A stretch of DNA of 32,000 bases from Alphaproteobacteria bacterium (lineage in GTDB: Bacteria > Pseudomonadota > Alphaproteobacteria > UBA1280 > UBA6503), in assembly GCA_021774615.1 (NCBI GenBank), contig JAJFIW010000030.1:39148-71147 (forward strand), read 5' to 3'. The notes beneath the pieces are model-generated. The model had not been told where the DNA came from and made no database searches. It saw only the letters and a program-made list of their open reading frames with translations. Shown here piece after piece: positions 1 through 7,804 of the stretch. Made by a program: the position numbers and the translations under genes. Position 1 is the first letter of the stretch; each line of letters starts with the position of its first letter.

Positions 1-78
1 ATTTTTATCCTGTAGAGGGTAAACAATGTAGTCCATGCGTTGCCAGACTTTGTTTAGTAAAGTGAATATAATTTTCAT
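1..78 (-). CDS. 5' end of an unidentified protein running off the left edge (MKIIFTLLNKVWQRMDYIVYPLQDKN...)
   Basis: Manual reverse-complement translation from the ATG at 78..76. The frame is open to base 1, with an SD-like AGGAG just upstream (tttcaggagaattctATG). Only 26 codons are visible. Confidence 0.5.
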   Translation of the reverse strand, partial: MKIIFTLLNKVWQRMDYIVYPLQDKN

Positions 79-247
79 AGAATTCTCCTGAAAAGGATAG
101 TGAAAAGAAGAAAAGATAAATCTAGTTGTTTGTTCGGTATAATATTAAAAATGTATACATTCAAGAGTAAAGTTACTAAACTGCTTGTAATTTTGTAAAA
201 ATGGTACTATTCGTAGCATACGTTTATAGTACTTTCTTTTCCTTTTC

Positions 248-607
248 TTGGAGATAATCATGATTAAATGGTTTATTTTTTATGCTATCAGCAACACAGT
301 AATCTTTGCGGTATCGCTGCTGGTTGGTGTTGCTCTTGTAGCAATGACAGGCACTTTCTATTATTTATTATTATTAGCTTCTCCATTTGTGGCGGTTTTA
401 TACGCTTTGGCAATGGGGCGCTTTTTTGGTGTTGGGAGAGAGATTGGTATTTATGAAATATCAGTATTTCTTTCGGTATTACTACCTGTATTATTGGCAG
501 TTACAGGTAATATTGACCTAGCTGCTAATATTAATCCAATTTATGCCGTCACGGCGATAATGGTGCTAGTCACCTGGTTTGCCGCCGGCGAAAAAGCTTC
601 GCAGTAG
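248..607 (+). CDS. small polytopic membrane protein, function unknown
   Basis: 119 aa ORF with about four hydrophobic segments. ggag upstream; start could be the internal ATG at about 260 (MIKWFIFYAI...). Confidence 0.65.
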   Translation: MEIIMIKWFIFYAISNTVIFAVSLLVGVALVAMTGTFYYLLLLASPFVAVLYALAMGRFFGVGREIGIYEISVFLSVLLPVLLAVTGNIDLAANINPIYAVTAIMVLVTWFAAGEKASQ

Positions 608-625
608 TCTTTTTACAACTTTTGA

Positions 626-1006
626 GTGAGGTTGATTATGACCGCAATTCTTTTTATTATAAATGCAGTATTTATTGGCATATCGCTGTATGTTGGCTCG
701 TTTATAGCTGAGTCGTCTGGCATTTGGACTACCTTATTATTGTATTCTTTACCACTTATAGCAATAATTATTGCTAATTTTCTAGGGGCTGTATTTATCT
801 ATCATAACTATACGAATGCTTATGATAAGATGGTACTTTATTTTTATAAAGTATCTGTATTCATTGCAATAGTAGCGCCTGCCTCTTTAATTGCTACAGG
901 GTATATTATTAGTATTGATGACATAATACCTATCCTTACCATTATCCTTGTGGTGGCTATATTAACATGGATTGGTAGTTTCAATAAATTTAGAACATCA
1001 TGGTAG
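626..1006 (+). CDS. small polytopic membrane protein, function unknown
   Basis: 126 aa hydrophobic ORF, co-directional with and close to the previous one. The ATG at 638 (MTAILFIINA) is the likelier start. Confidence 0.6.
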   Translation: MRLIMTAILFIINAVFIGISLYVGSFIAESSGIWTTLLLYSLPLIAIIIANFLGAVFIYHNYTNAYDKMVLYFYKVSVFIAIVAPASLIATGYIISIDDIIPILTIILVVAILTWIGSFNKFRTSW

Positions 1007-1030
1007 TAAATTGTATTTTGGAGAGTAATT

Positions 1031-1426
1031 ATGAATATAATATTTATTAATATGATTAAAACATTCTTATTATTTGCTGCGTTATCTGTGTTGGGTGTTG
1101 TCATTGTAAGTTTGGTGGTAGACATGGCTACATATGTAAACCCTATGCTGCCATTTACAGCCCTAGTTGGACTTTTTGGGCTATACTATTTTGCACAGAG
1201 CCGCCAAATGCATTTCCTAAAGATGTGTGCTCTACTTATTGGTATTTTATTGTTATTACCAATAGGAAGCGAACTTATTAAAATGGTAGGGCTTTTACCT
1301 ACAGAAGGAGATGCAAGTGAACGCTTGTCCGAATTAGCTACATTTTATGTAATGATGGTAGCTGCTGTGATGACACGTGAAATAGAGAGACGGTTCAGGT
1401 TGAATGGAAGAGTCTCTTGCACCTAA
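1031..1426 (+). CDS. small polytopic membrane protein, function unknown
   Basis: 131 aa hydrophobic ORF with upstream gagag; followed by a strong intrinsic terminator. Confidence 0.6.
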   Translation: MNIIFINMIKTFLLFAALSVLGVVIVSLVVDMATYVNPMLPFTALVGLFGLYYFAQSRQMHFLKMCALLIGILLLLPIGSELIKMVGLLPTEGDASERLSELATFYVMMVAAVMTREIERRFRLNGRVSCT

Positions 1427-1444
1427 ATCGATTTTTTAACGAAA

Positions 1445-1487
1445 CAAAAAACACCCCCAGCATGGTTTGTACTGGGGGTGTTTTTTA
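1445..1487. terminator. bidirectional intrinsic terminator between the 1031..1426 gene and ftsY
   Basis: aaaaaACACCCCCAGcatggtttgtaCTGGGGGTGTtttttatt: 10-bp GC-rich stem with A and T tracts on either side. Confidence 0.9.
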
Positions 1488-2411
1488 TTCCAACAACGCT
1501 TTGGCAAAGTCGGCAGCGTCAAACGGGCGCAGGTCGGTTACTTTTTCTCCCACACCAATAAAGTGGATTGGTAAGCTAAAGCGGTCGGCTAGTGCTACGA
1601 CTACGCCACCTTTGGCGGTAGTGTCTAGCTTGGTGACAATTAGCCCTGTTACGCCAGCAATTTCTTTAAATGCTTCTACCTGTTGGTGGGCATTTTGCCC
1701 GACGGTGGCATCTAGCACTAAAAGAGAGGCATGGGGGGCAGTTTCATCTTGTTTTTTTAGCACACGCACCATTTTCTCGAGTTGTGCCATTAAGTCTTGG
1801 CGGTTTTGCAGGCGACCAGCAGTATCACAAATTAAAATATCTACATTCTCTTGTTTAGCGGTTTCGTAAGCCTTAAAAAGTAGTGAGGCTGGGTCTGCTC
1901 CTTCTTTTTCAGGCTTTACAATTGGTACGTCAACCCGCTTTGCCCAAATATTAAGTTGCTCAACTGCTGCTGCTCGGTAAGTGTCAGCCGCCGCTAGCAT
2001 TACTTTTTTACCATTTTCTTTAAATATTTGCGACAGTTTACCAATGGTAGTGGTTTTGCCCGAGCCATTAACCCCAACCATCATCAGTACGATTGGTTTT
2101 TTGTCAGTAGGGAGGTTTAACTCTTGTGCTACAGGGTTTAAGCGTGCTGCAATTCCTGTGCTAAGGTGTTTTTGCACTTCTTCGTAAGATATGTCTTGCT
2201 CGAACTTTTCTTTGCGTAGCGAGCTAATAAGGCTGTCGGCAAGTGGCGCACCAAGGTCAGCACGGATAAGGACTTCCTCAAGCTCGGCGCATGTTTTTTC
2301 ATCGAGTTTTTTATGAAGCAATGCTTTTTTAACATTGTCTTTTAAACTAGATGCCGTTTTCTCAAGCCCTTTAGTTAGCTTCTTTAAACCTAGTTTCTCG
2401 AAAAATCCCAT
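1485..2411 (-). CDS. ftsY: signal recognition particle receptor FtsY (NG domain)
   Basis: 308 aa; contains GVNGSGKTTTIGKLS, AADTYRAAAVEQL, CDTAGRLQNRQDLMAQLEK, TKLDTTAKGG and GVGEKVTDLRPFDA. Confidence 0.97.
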   Translation of the reverse strand: MGFFEKLGLKKLTKGLEKTASSLKDNVKKALLHKKLDEKTCAELEEVLIRADLGAPLADSLISSLRKEKFEQDISYEEVQKHLSTGIAARLNPVAQELNLPTDKKPIVLMMVGVNGSGKTTTIGKLSQIFKENGKKVMLAAADTYRAAAVEQLNIWAKRVDVPIVKPEKEGADPASLLFKAYETAKQENVDILICDTAGRLQNRQDLMAQLEKMVRVLKKQDETAPHASLLVLDATVGQNAHQQVEAFKEIAGVTGLIVTKLDTTAKGGVVVALADRFSLPIHFIGVGEKVTDLRPFDAADFAKALLE

Positions 2412-2445
2412 GTTGCAACCTAGCTTTTGTTGTTATAAGTTATGA

Positions 2446-2474
2446 TTATTAAATGTTATATAGAAATAAATCAA
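2446..2474 (-). promoter_or_regulatory. putative sigma70-type promoter for ftsY
   Basis: Reverse strand TTGATT-17 nt-TAATAA in the 82-bp gap between the ftsY and ffh starts. Confidence 0.4.
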
Positions 2475-2493
2475 CCTTTTGGAGCCTTAAACT

Positions 2494-3852
2494 ATGTTTG
2501 ACCAACTTTCAGGTAAGCTAAAAACCGTTTTTGATAATCTCTCTGGTCGTGGCCGCTTAAGCGAAAGTGACGTAGATGAAGCATTGCGCGGTGTGCGCTT
2601 AGCTTTGCTTGAGGCAGATGTAGCTTTACCAGTTATTAAACACTTTATGGAAGAAGTCCGCGAGCAAGCCGTGGGCGAGTCGGTTTTAAAAGCAGTTAAA
2701 CCAAGCGAGCAAATTATTAAAATTGTCCATGATGGTTTGGTTAATGTTCTGGGTACGGGCGAAGATCTTAACTTACGGATGCAGCCACCTGCGGTAATCT
2801 TAATGTCGGGCTTGCAAGGTTCTGGTAAAACGACTACTACCGCTAAGCTTGCTAAAAGGCTTAAAGAAAAAGACAACAAAAGAGTTATGTTGGCCTCACT
2901 AGATATTTACCGCCCCGCAGCACAAGAGCAATTAGCAGTTGTTGCAAAACGAGTTGGGGTCGATAGCCTAGCGATTATCGAAGGGCAAATCCCTACCGAT
3001 ATTACCAAGCGTGCAATTACCGAAGCCAAGAAAAATGGCTATGATGTTCTAATTCTCGATACTGCAGGTCGCCACGAAATAGACCAAACCATGATGGACG
3101 AGCTATTAGCAGTTAAAAAAATAGCAGCCCCTGCCGAAACTCTATTAGTTGCTGATGGTCTAACCGGGCAAGTAGCTGTAGATATTGCCACCGCATTTAA
3201 CGATAAAATTGGGGTTACAGGTATTATTCTAACCCGCATGGATGGCGATGGCCGTGGTGGTGCAGCCCTTAGCATGCGTGAGGTTACAGGCCAACCAATT
3301 AAATTTTTAGGTATGGGCGAGGGGTTAGATGCTCTTACCCCATTCGAGCCCGAGCGTTTGGCAGGACGCATCCTTGGTATGGGTGATGTTGTAGAGCTGG
3401 TTGAAAAAGCCCAACAAGTAGTTTCTGAAGAAGAAGCCGAAGCCATGCAAGAGAAGATGATGAGCGGTAAGTTCAACTTGCTTGACCTTAAAAAACAAAT
3501 CCAAGCAATGCAGAAAATGGGGTCATTATCGGACTTAATGGGGATGATGCCAGGTATGGGTGCGATGAAAGATAAAGTAGACCCATCAAAACTTGACGAC
3601 AAAATGCTAGTGCGACAAATAGCAGCGATAGACTCGATGACTAAGATAGAACGCTTAAACCCGCATATTCTAAATGCAAAACGCCGTAAAAGAATTGCAG
3701 CAGGAGCAGGGATTAGCGTAAACGATGTTAATAAACTTATAAAGTCGTTTGAGACTATGCAAACTGCCATGAAGAGAATTAAGAAAATGGGCGGGCTAGG
3801 TGCGCTTGCTAACATGATGGGTGGTGGCGGTAAAATGCCATTTATGAAGTAG
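2494..3852 (+). CDS. ffh: signal recognition particle protein Ffh (SRP54)
   Basis: 452 aa; GLQGSGKTTTTAKLA, SLDIYRPAAQEQL, LDTAGRHEIDQTMMDEL, TRMDGDGRGGAALS, and a methionine-rich M domain ending MMGGGGKMPFMK. Confidence 0.98.
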   Translation: MFDQLSGKLKTVFDNLSGRGRLSESDVDEALRGVRLALLEADVALPVIKHFMEEVREQAVGESVLKAVKPSEQIIKIVHDGLVNVLGTGEDLNLRMQPPAVILMSGLQGSGKTTTTAKLAKRLKEKDNKRVMLASLDIYRPAAQEQLAVVAKRVGVDSLAIIEGQIPTDITKRAITEAKKNGYDVLILDTAGRHEIDQTMMDELLAVKKIAAPAETLLVADGLTGQVAVDIATAFNDKIGVTGIILTRMDGDGRGGAALSMREVTGQPIKFLGMGEGLDALTPFEPERLAGRILGMGDVVELVEKAQQVVSEEEAEAMQEKMMSGKFNLLDLKKQIQAMQKMGSLSDLMGMMPGMGAMKDKVDPSKLDDKMLVRQIAAIDSMTKIERLNPHILNAKRRKRIAAGAGISVNDVNKLIKSFETMQTAMKRIKKMGGLGALANMMGGGGKMPFMK

Positions 3853-3936
3853 TTTGTTAATTTAATTTTAATTATACCCTTGATTTTATGTGTTAAACGC
3901 GCTACATATCCGGTAATACTTTTATAGAGAGTTGGT

Positions 3937-4000
3937 TTCAGGTGTGCGGCATACATCTGAAATTGTTAATAGTTTTGCGTGTAGTGTCCTCTCTTACACG
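3937..4000 (+). promoter_or_regulatory. paired hairpins in the leader upstream of rpsP
   Basis: Hairpin 1 at 3937-3961, TTCAGGTGTG-CGGCA-TACATCTGAA (10-bp stem including G:T wobbles). Hairpin 2 at 3978-4000, CGTGTA-N11-TACACG. Confidence 0.35.
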
Positions 4001-4041
4001 TGTGTGAAGTTAATTATATTTATATTTAAAGAGGTTTTTAA

Positions 4042-4467
4042 ATGTCGACAGTTATTCGTTTAAGCCGAGGTGGCCGTAAGAAATTGCCATTTTACCATGT
4101 TGTTGCAGCTGATAAGCGCAAAGCACGTAATGGCCGTTTTATTGAAAAATTAGGTCACTTTGATCCACTAGCCGAGGGTAAAGGCAAATGGACAGTAAAC
4201 AACGAGCGTGTAAGCTACTGGTTAAGTGAAGGTGCACAACCTTCAGACCGTGTTATTACGTTCCTTATGGCTAATGATTTAGGCTCAGAGCGCCAACGCA
4301 CAGAATGGCAAACTGCTATTGATCGCCGTAAAGCGATATACAAAAAGCGTAAAGCTGACGCTGATGCTGTTAAAGCAGCCGAAGCTAAAGCTGCTGCCGC
4401 TGAAATGGCTGAATCTGAAGCACCAGCTGCTGAAGAAGCACCCGCTGCTGAAGCTACAGCTGAGTAG
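4042..4467 (+). CDS. rpsP: 30S ribosomal protein S16 with an Ala/Glu-rich C-terminal extension
   Basis: MSTVIRLSRGGRKKLPFYHVVAADKRKARNGRFIEKLGHFDP is a classic bS16 N-terminus; the tail is low complexity. Confidence 0.97.
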   Translation: MSTVIRLSRGGRKKLPFYHVVAADKRKARNGRFIEKLGHFDPLAEGKGKWTVNNERVSYWLSEGAQPSDRVITFLMANDLGSERQRTEWQTAIDRRKAIYKKRKADADAVKAAEAKAAAAEMAESEAPAAEEAPAAEATAE

Positions 4468-4478
4468 TTCTACCCTAT

Positions 4479-5009
4479 ATGGTTGATAAAGCTTTACCTA
4501 CAAAAGAAGGCTTTGTCTGCGCTGGTATAATTGTTGGCGCCCATGGGATAAAAGGGGAAGTTAAACTACGTTTAACCCTCGAGAACGAAAAAATACTTAA
4601 GAAATATGGCGTACCAGTGGATATCACTGGTACGCCTTTTTCTATTGAGCAATGGCGCATGACTGATAAAGGCGTGCTAATTAAGTTTGCTAATATTACC
4701 GACCGCAATGGAGCAGAAAACATGCGAGGTGTTGCTTTGTTTATACCTAGCGATGCTCTGCCTCCCCCCGCAAAAGAGGAAATATATTACAGCGATTTAA
4801 AAGGTATGGCTGTAGTTGCTGATGATGGGAAAGATGTTGGTATTATTGCCGATGTATTCTCTAATGGTGCACAAGATATTATCGTTGTAATTAATAAAGG
4901 CAACGAAATGTTATTACCTTATACAAAAGATGTTGTTGCAGAGATAGACACCTCAACAAGGCAATTACTACTATTACCGTTTGCAGAACAGTTCTTAAAA
5001 ATTTCTTAG
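4479..5009 (+). CDS. rimM: 16S rRNA processing protein RimM
   Basis: 176 aa; GIIVGAHGIKGEVKLR near the N-terminus; PRC-barrel-like region YYSDLKGMAVVADDGKDVGIIADVFSNGAQDIIVV; located after rpsP. Confidence 0.93.
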   Translation: MVDKALPTKEGFVCAGIIVGAHGIKGEVKLRLTLENEKILKKYGVPVDITGTPFSIEQWRMTDKGVLIKFANITDRNGAENMRGVALFIPSDALPPPAKEEIYYSDLKGMAVVADDGKDVGIIADVFSNGAQDIIVVINKGNEMLLPYTKDVVAEIDTSTRQLLLLPFAEQFLKIS

Positions 5010-5059
5010 ATTTATTCTTTTCTTGACATGTGCAGCATAAAATACTCAAACTATATAAC

Positions 5060-5103
5060 CTAAATTTATTAGTGCTAATTTCTATTTAGGGGGTTGTTGT
5101 TTT
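5060..5103 (+). terminator. possible weak terminator or attenuator after rimM
   Basis: CCTAAATTTATTAG-TG-CTAATTTCTATTTAGG imperfect hairpin, followed by GGGTTGTTGTTTT. Confidence 0.35.
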
Positions 5104-5174
5104 GGTACAATCTAACCATACTTAGTTTAGTAATAGACACTTTTTTTAACTGAATAATAAGAGGAGTATCACAA

Positions 5175-5801
5175 GTGTCAGGGCATATTTTTGCGCAAAG
5201 ATTGGCGAATATTTTCTTAACTAAAGATAATCCTGCGGATGTTGATGTGGAACAAGCAGGGTTGCCTGATAGTGCATCAAGGCATGTTGCCCATGCTTGT
5301 CAGTTCATGTTGGTACTGCGTAACGAGCTTGACCACAAAGAAGATGGTCCTGCATTGTTTATGAAATTAGCATTACAATCATACGAAATGCTAGAGGGTG
5401 AAGTACAAAAAGTATTTAAAACTCTGGAAAGCGGTAAGGCTGTATCTGTAGAGTTAGATAGCTTTATTTCTCTTCTTGATGGTTCTTTGGATATGGAAAG
5501 AGAGTGTGATTTTAGTAAATTACCTTATGAGCACCGCTTACTAGCTATTACTACAACAGCTAGATTTATTCTTAAATATGGTTTGCGCCACCTTAACAGC
5601 GATGAGCTCGCCGAAATGATTGAAGACCTTAACCAAAACATGCTAGCGATTGATATGGAAGGTCAGATGATGGCAGACATGACGCCACAATCGGATGATG
5701 AGTCGTCTATTCCATTAAAACAATACTTAAATCGTTTACATAACGTGGTGACATTAGGCTTAAAAGAAGAGCTTATTAACCTTAAGCAAGCTGGAATTTA
5801 G
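5175..5801 (+). CDS. conserved-context hypothetical protein (208 aa) between rimM and trmD
   Basis: GTG start with upstream aagaGGAG; full-length ORF with natural composition (acidic, helical); no family recognised. Confidence 0.75.
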   Translation: MSGHIFAQRLANIFLTKDNPADVDVEQAGLPDSASRHVAHACQFMLVLRNELDHKEDGPALFMKLALQSYEMLEGEVQKVFKTLESGKAVSVELDSFISLLDGSLDMERECDFSKLPYEHRLLAITTTARFILKYGLRHLNSDELAEMIEDLNQNMLAIDMEGQMMADMTPQSDDESSIPLKQYLNRLHNVVTLGLKEELINLKQAGI

Positions 5802-5836
5802 TAGTTATCAGTAAAAGGCAACCTTTCTTAGTCCAT

Positions 5837-6511
5837 GTGTTAACATTGTTTCCTGATTTATTTCCAGGGCCTTTGGCTACATCTATTACAGGGCGAGCCT
5901 TAAAAGAAGGCTCGTGGCAATTGTCAGCTACCGATATCCGCAACTTTGCTATCGATAAACATAATACAGTTGATGATACACCATACGGTGGGGGTGCTGG
6001 TATGGTTATGCGGGCTGATGTTGTAGCAGGGGCAATTGAAGCTGCTAAACAACAAATGCCACAAGCACCTGTAATATTTCTTACTCCATCGGGTGCACCG
6101 TTTAACCAGAAAACTGCAAACCGCCTTGCTAGCTCTACTGATGGGGTAATTTTGTTGTGTGGTCATTATGAGGGGATTGATCAACGAGTGATCGACACTT
6201 TAGTTGATGAGGAAATATCTTTGGGCGATTTTGTATTAACTGGTGGTGAGATTGCGGTTTACCCTGTGGTAGACGCTATTGTGCGTCAATTGAGTGGCGT
6301 TGTTGGTAATGACGAGACTTTAGCTGAAGAATCGTTCGCTGATAGTTTAGAAGGGCTTTTAGAGTACCCCCATTACACTCGCCCCGACGTATGGCGCGGC
6401 CTGGAGGTGCCAGCAGTATTAAAATCTGGGCATCATGGCAAAATAGCAGAGTGGCGTAAAGGCGAGGCTAAGCGAATTACAGCTTTAAAACGTCCCGATC
6501 TACTCAAATAA
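5837..6511 (+). CDS. trmD: tRNA (guanine-N1)-methyltransferase TrmD
   Basis: VLTLFPDLFPGPL, DDTPYGGGAGMVMRADV, LCGHYEGIDQRVID, EEISLGDFVLTGGE, LLEYPHYTRPDVW. The GTG at 5837 is the listed start; the frame stays open upstream, so the true start may be slightly earlier. Confidence 0.97.
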   Translation: MLTLFPDLFPGPLATSITGRALKEGSWQLSATDIRNFAIDKHNTVDDTPYGGGAGMVMRADVVAGAIEAAKQQMPQAPVIFLTPSGAPFNQKTANRLASSTDGVILLCGHYEGIDQRVIDTLVDEEISLGDFVLTGGEIAVYPVVDAIVRQLSGVVGNDETLAEESFADSLEGLLEYPHYTRPDVWRGLEVPAVLKSGHHGKIAEWRKGEAKRITALKRPDLLK

Positions 6512-6541
6512 AAAATGCCCCAGTTAAAGGGCATTTTTTTT
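6510..6541. terminator. intrinsic terminator after trmD
   Basis: aaaaAATGCCCcagttaaaGGGCATTttttttt. Confidence 0.85.
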
Positions 6542-6557
6542 ATCGCTTATATTGTTT

Positions 6558-6977
6558 TCAGCAGTGATCTGGTTTTCCGTAGATTTTATCAACTACTTTA
6601 AATGCTTTAGATAGTATAACCCCGTACATTGTTATTAATATAACAGTGGTCGCTATTACCGCTATGGGGAAATTTAGTGTTATGCCTATTGCTATAAGAT
6701 CCCCTGCTAGAAATAATACAGATGCTACAATGCTGGTTATTAATAGCAAAATCAGCATGTAGTTGTTAATTTTATTTAGCAGAAACATCAATAGAAAACA
6801 GATAAATACTAATCCTCCTAAGGATCTAGCAATACTGTGGAGTTGTAGAGTTGTATTAGTTTCTGGAGTCCACAGCACCATTCCTGCAATAACGCTGCAG
6901 ATGAATATGGCTGTAATTAATAATGCAGCTAATGGCCTTGCGTTGTTTTTAGATATTTTCATAATATTAACCATCAC
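6558..6977 (-). CDS. four-helix-like membrane protein, function unknown
   Basis: 139 aa hydrophobic ORF, minus strand, between trmD and rplS. The start may be the downstream ATG at 6962 (MKISKNNARP...). Confidence 0.6.
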   Translation of the reverse strand: MMVNIMKISKNNARPLAALLITAIFICSVIAGMVLWTPETNTTLQLHSIARSLGGLVFICFLLMFLLNKINNYMLILLLITSIVASVLFLAGDLIAIGITLNFPIAVIATTVILITMYGVILSKAFKVVDKIYGKPDHC

Positions 6978-7230
6978 CTTAACGGCGATAGGCTCTGTAA
7001 AAGTTAATGAAGGAATGTAATTATGCTTGATTTATAATAATTACCTTGTGTATTTACAAGGTTTTTATAGATAAATTGCACTAAACTTGAAAAAAAACGT
7101 AGTGATGCTTATTTAACACTTTGCAAAATGTCTTTTGTCGGTTATAAACAGCGACACTGCCTATTATTAAGGTTTTCTTTAATGGGTAGATGGTATTTTA
7201 TAAATTTTGATAGCGGAATAGGTGAGAACG

Positions 7231-7680
7231 ATGAACATCATCGAACAACTGGACAAAGAACAGATTGAAAAATTAGCAAAAGATATCCCAGCATTTGGTG
7301 CTGGTGATACTTTGCGTATCCACGTAAAAGTTACAGAGGGAACTCGTGAGCGTATTCAGGTTTTTGAAGGTATTTGCATTGCTCGTAAAAATGCAGGCCT
7401 ACAATCATCTTTTACCGTGCGTAAAATTTCTTTTGGCGAAGGTGTGGAACGTATCTTCCCACTATACTCACCAACACTTAGCCGTATTGAGCTAGTGCGC
7501 CGTGGTGATGTACGCCGTGCGAAACTTTACTACTTACGTGGTCGTACTGGTAAATCAGCACGTATTTCTGAAAAGACTGATAAACGCACACCTGCAGGAA
7601 CTGTTGAGAAGCTACCTAAGAATACTGTTTCTACAGAAGCGGCAGCAGTTGCTGAAACCAAAAAGGTTGCTGAAGCATAG
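7231..7680 (+). CDS. rplS: 50S ribosomal protein L19 with C-terminal extension
   Basis: [15 protein letters not shown]...[35 protein letters not shown]...[23 protein letters not shown]. The track start at 7222 is a GTG; the ATG at 7231 matches family starts better. Confidence 0.96.
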   Translation: MNIIEQLDKEQIEKLAKDIPAFGAGDTLRIHVKVTEGTRERIQVFEGICIARKNAGLQSSFTVRKISFGEGVERIFPLYSPTLSRIELVRRGDVRRAKLYYLRGRTGKSARISEKTDKRTPAGTVEKLPKNTVSTEAAAVAETKKVAEA

Positions 7681-7708
7681 TATATTAATTTAAAATCTAC
7701 GCTTTTTA

Positions 7709-7745
7709 TAAAAAGGCTGGCACTTGCCAGCCTTTTTTGTTTTTG
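7709..7745 (+). terminator. intrinsic terminator after rplS
   Basis: aaaaAGGCTGGCacttGCCAGCCTtttttgttttt. Confidence 0.93.
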
Positions 7746-7804
7746 CAAGATGTGATATTATAGTAATCTTGATATATATTTATAAATTAAAGAGAAATTG
7801 ATAT

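Noticed and set aside
1417-1869. 150 aa plus-strand ORF opposite ftsY
   Set aside because: Antisense to conserved FtsY G-domain motifs and spans the terminator hairpin; Ser/Thr/Cys-rich mirror composition.
2412-2493. SRP RNA (ffs) in the ftsY/ffh gap
   Set aside because: Gap is only 82 nt, AT-rich, and lacks a GGAA-tetraloop SRP hairpin.
3039-3956. 305 aa minus-strand ORF opposite ffh
   Set aside because: Lies antisense to the highly conserved ffh coding sequence; its composition is a mirror of the ffh codons and no family is recognisable. Length alone is not evidence.
7043-7062. ACCTTG-N8-CAAGGT hairpin followed by TTTTTAT as a firm terminator
   Set aside because: Stem is only 6 bp and no plus-strand gene lies directly upstream; kept only as a note in the trmD-rplS finding.
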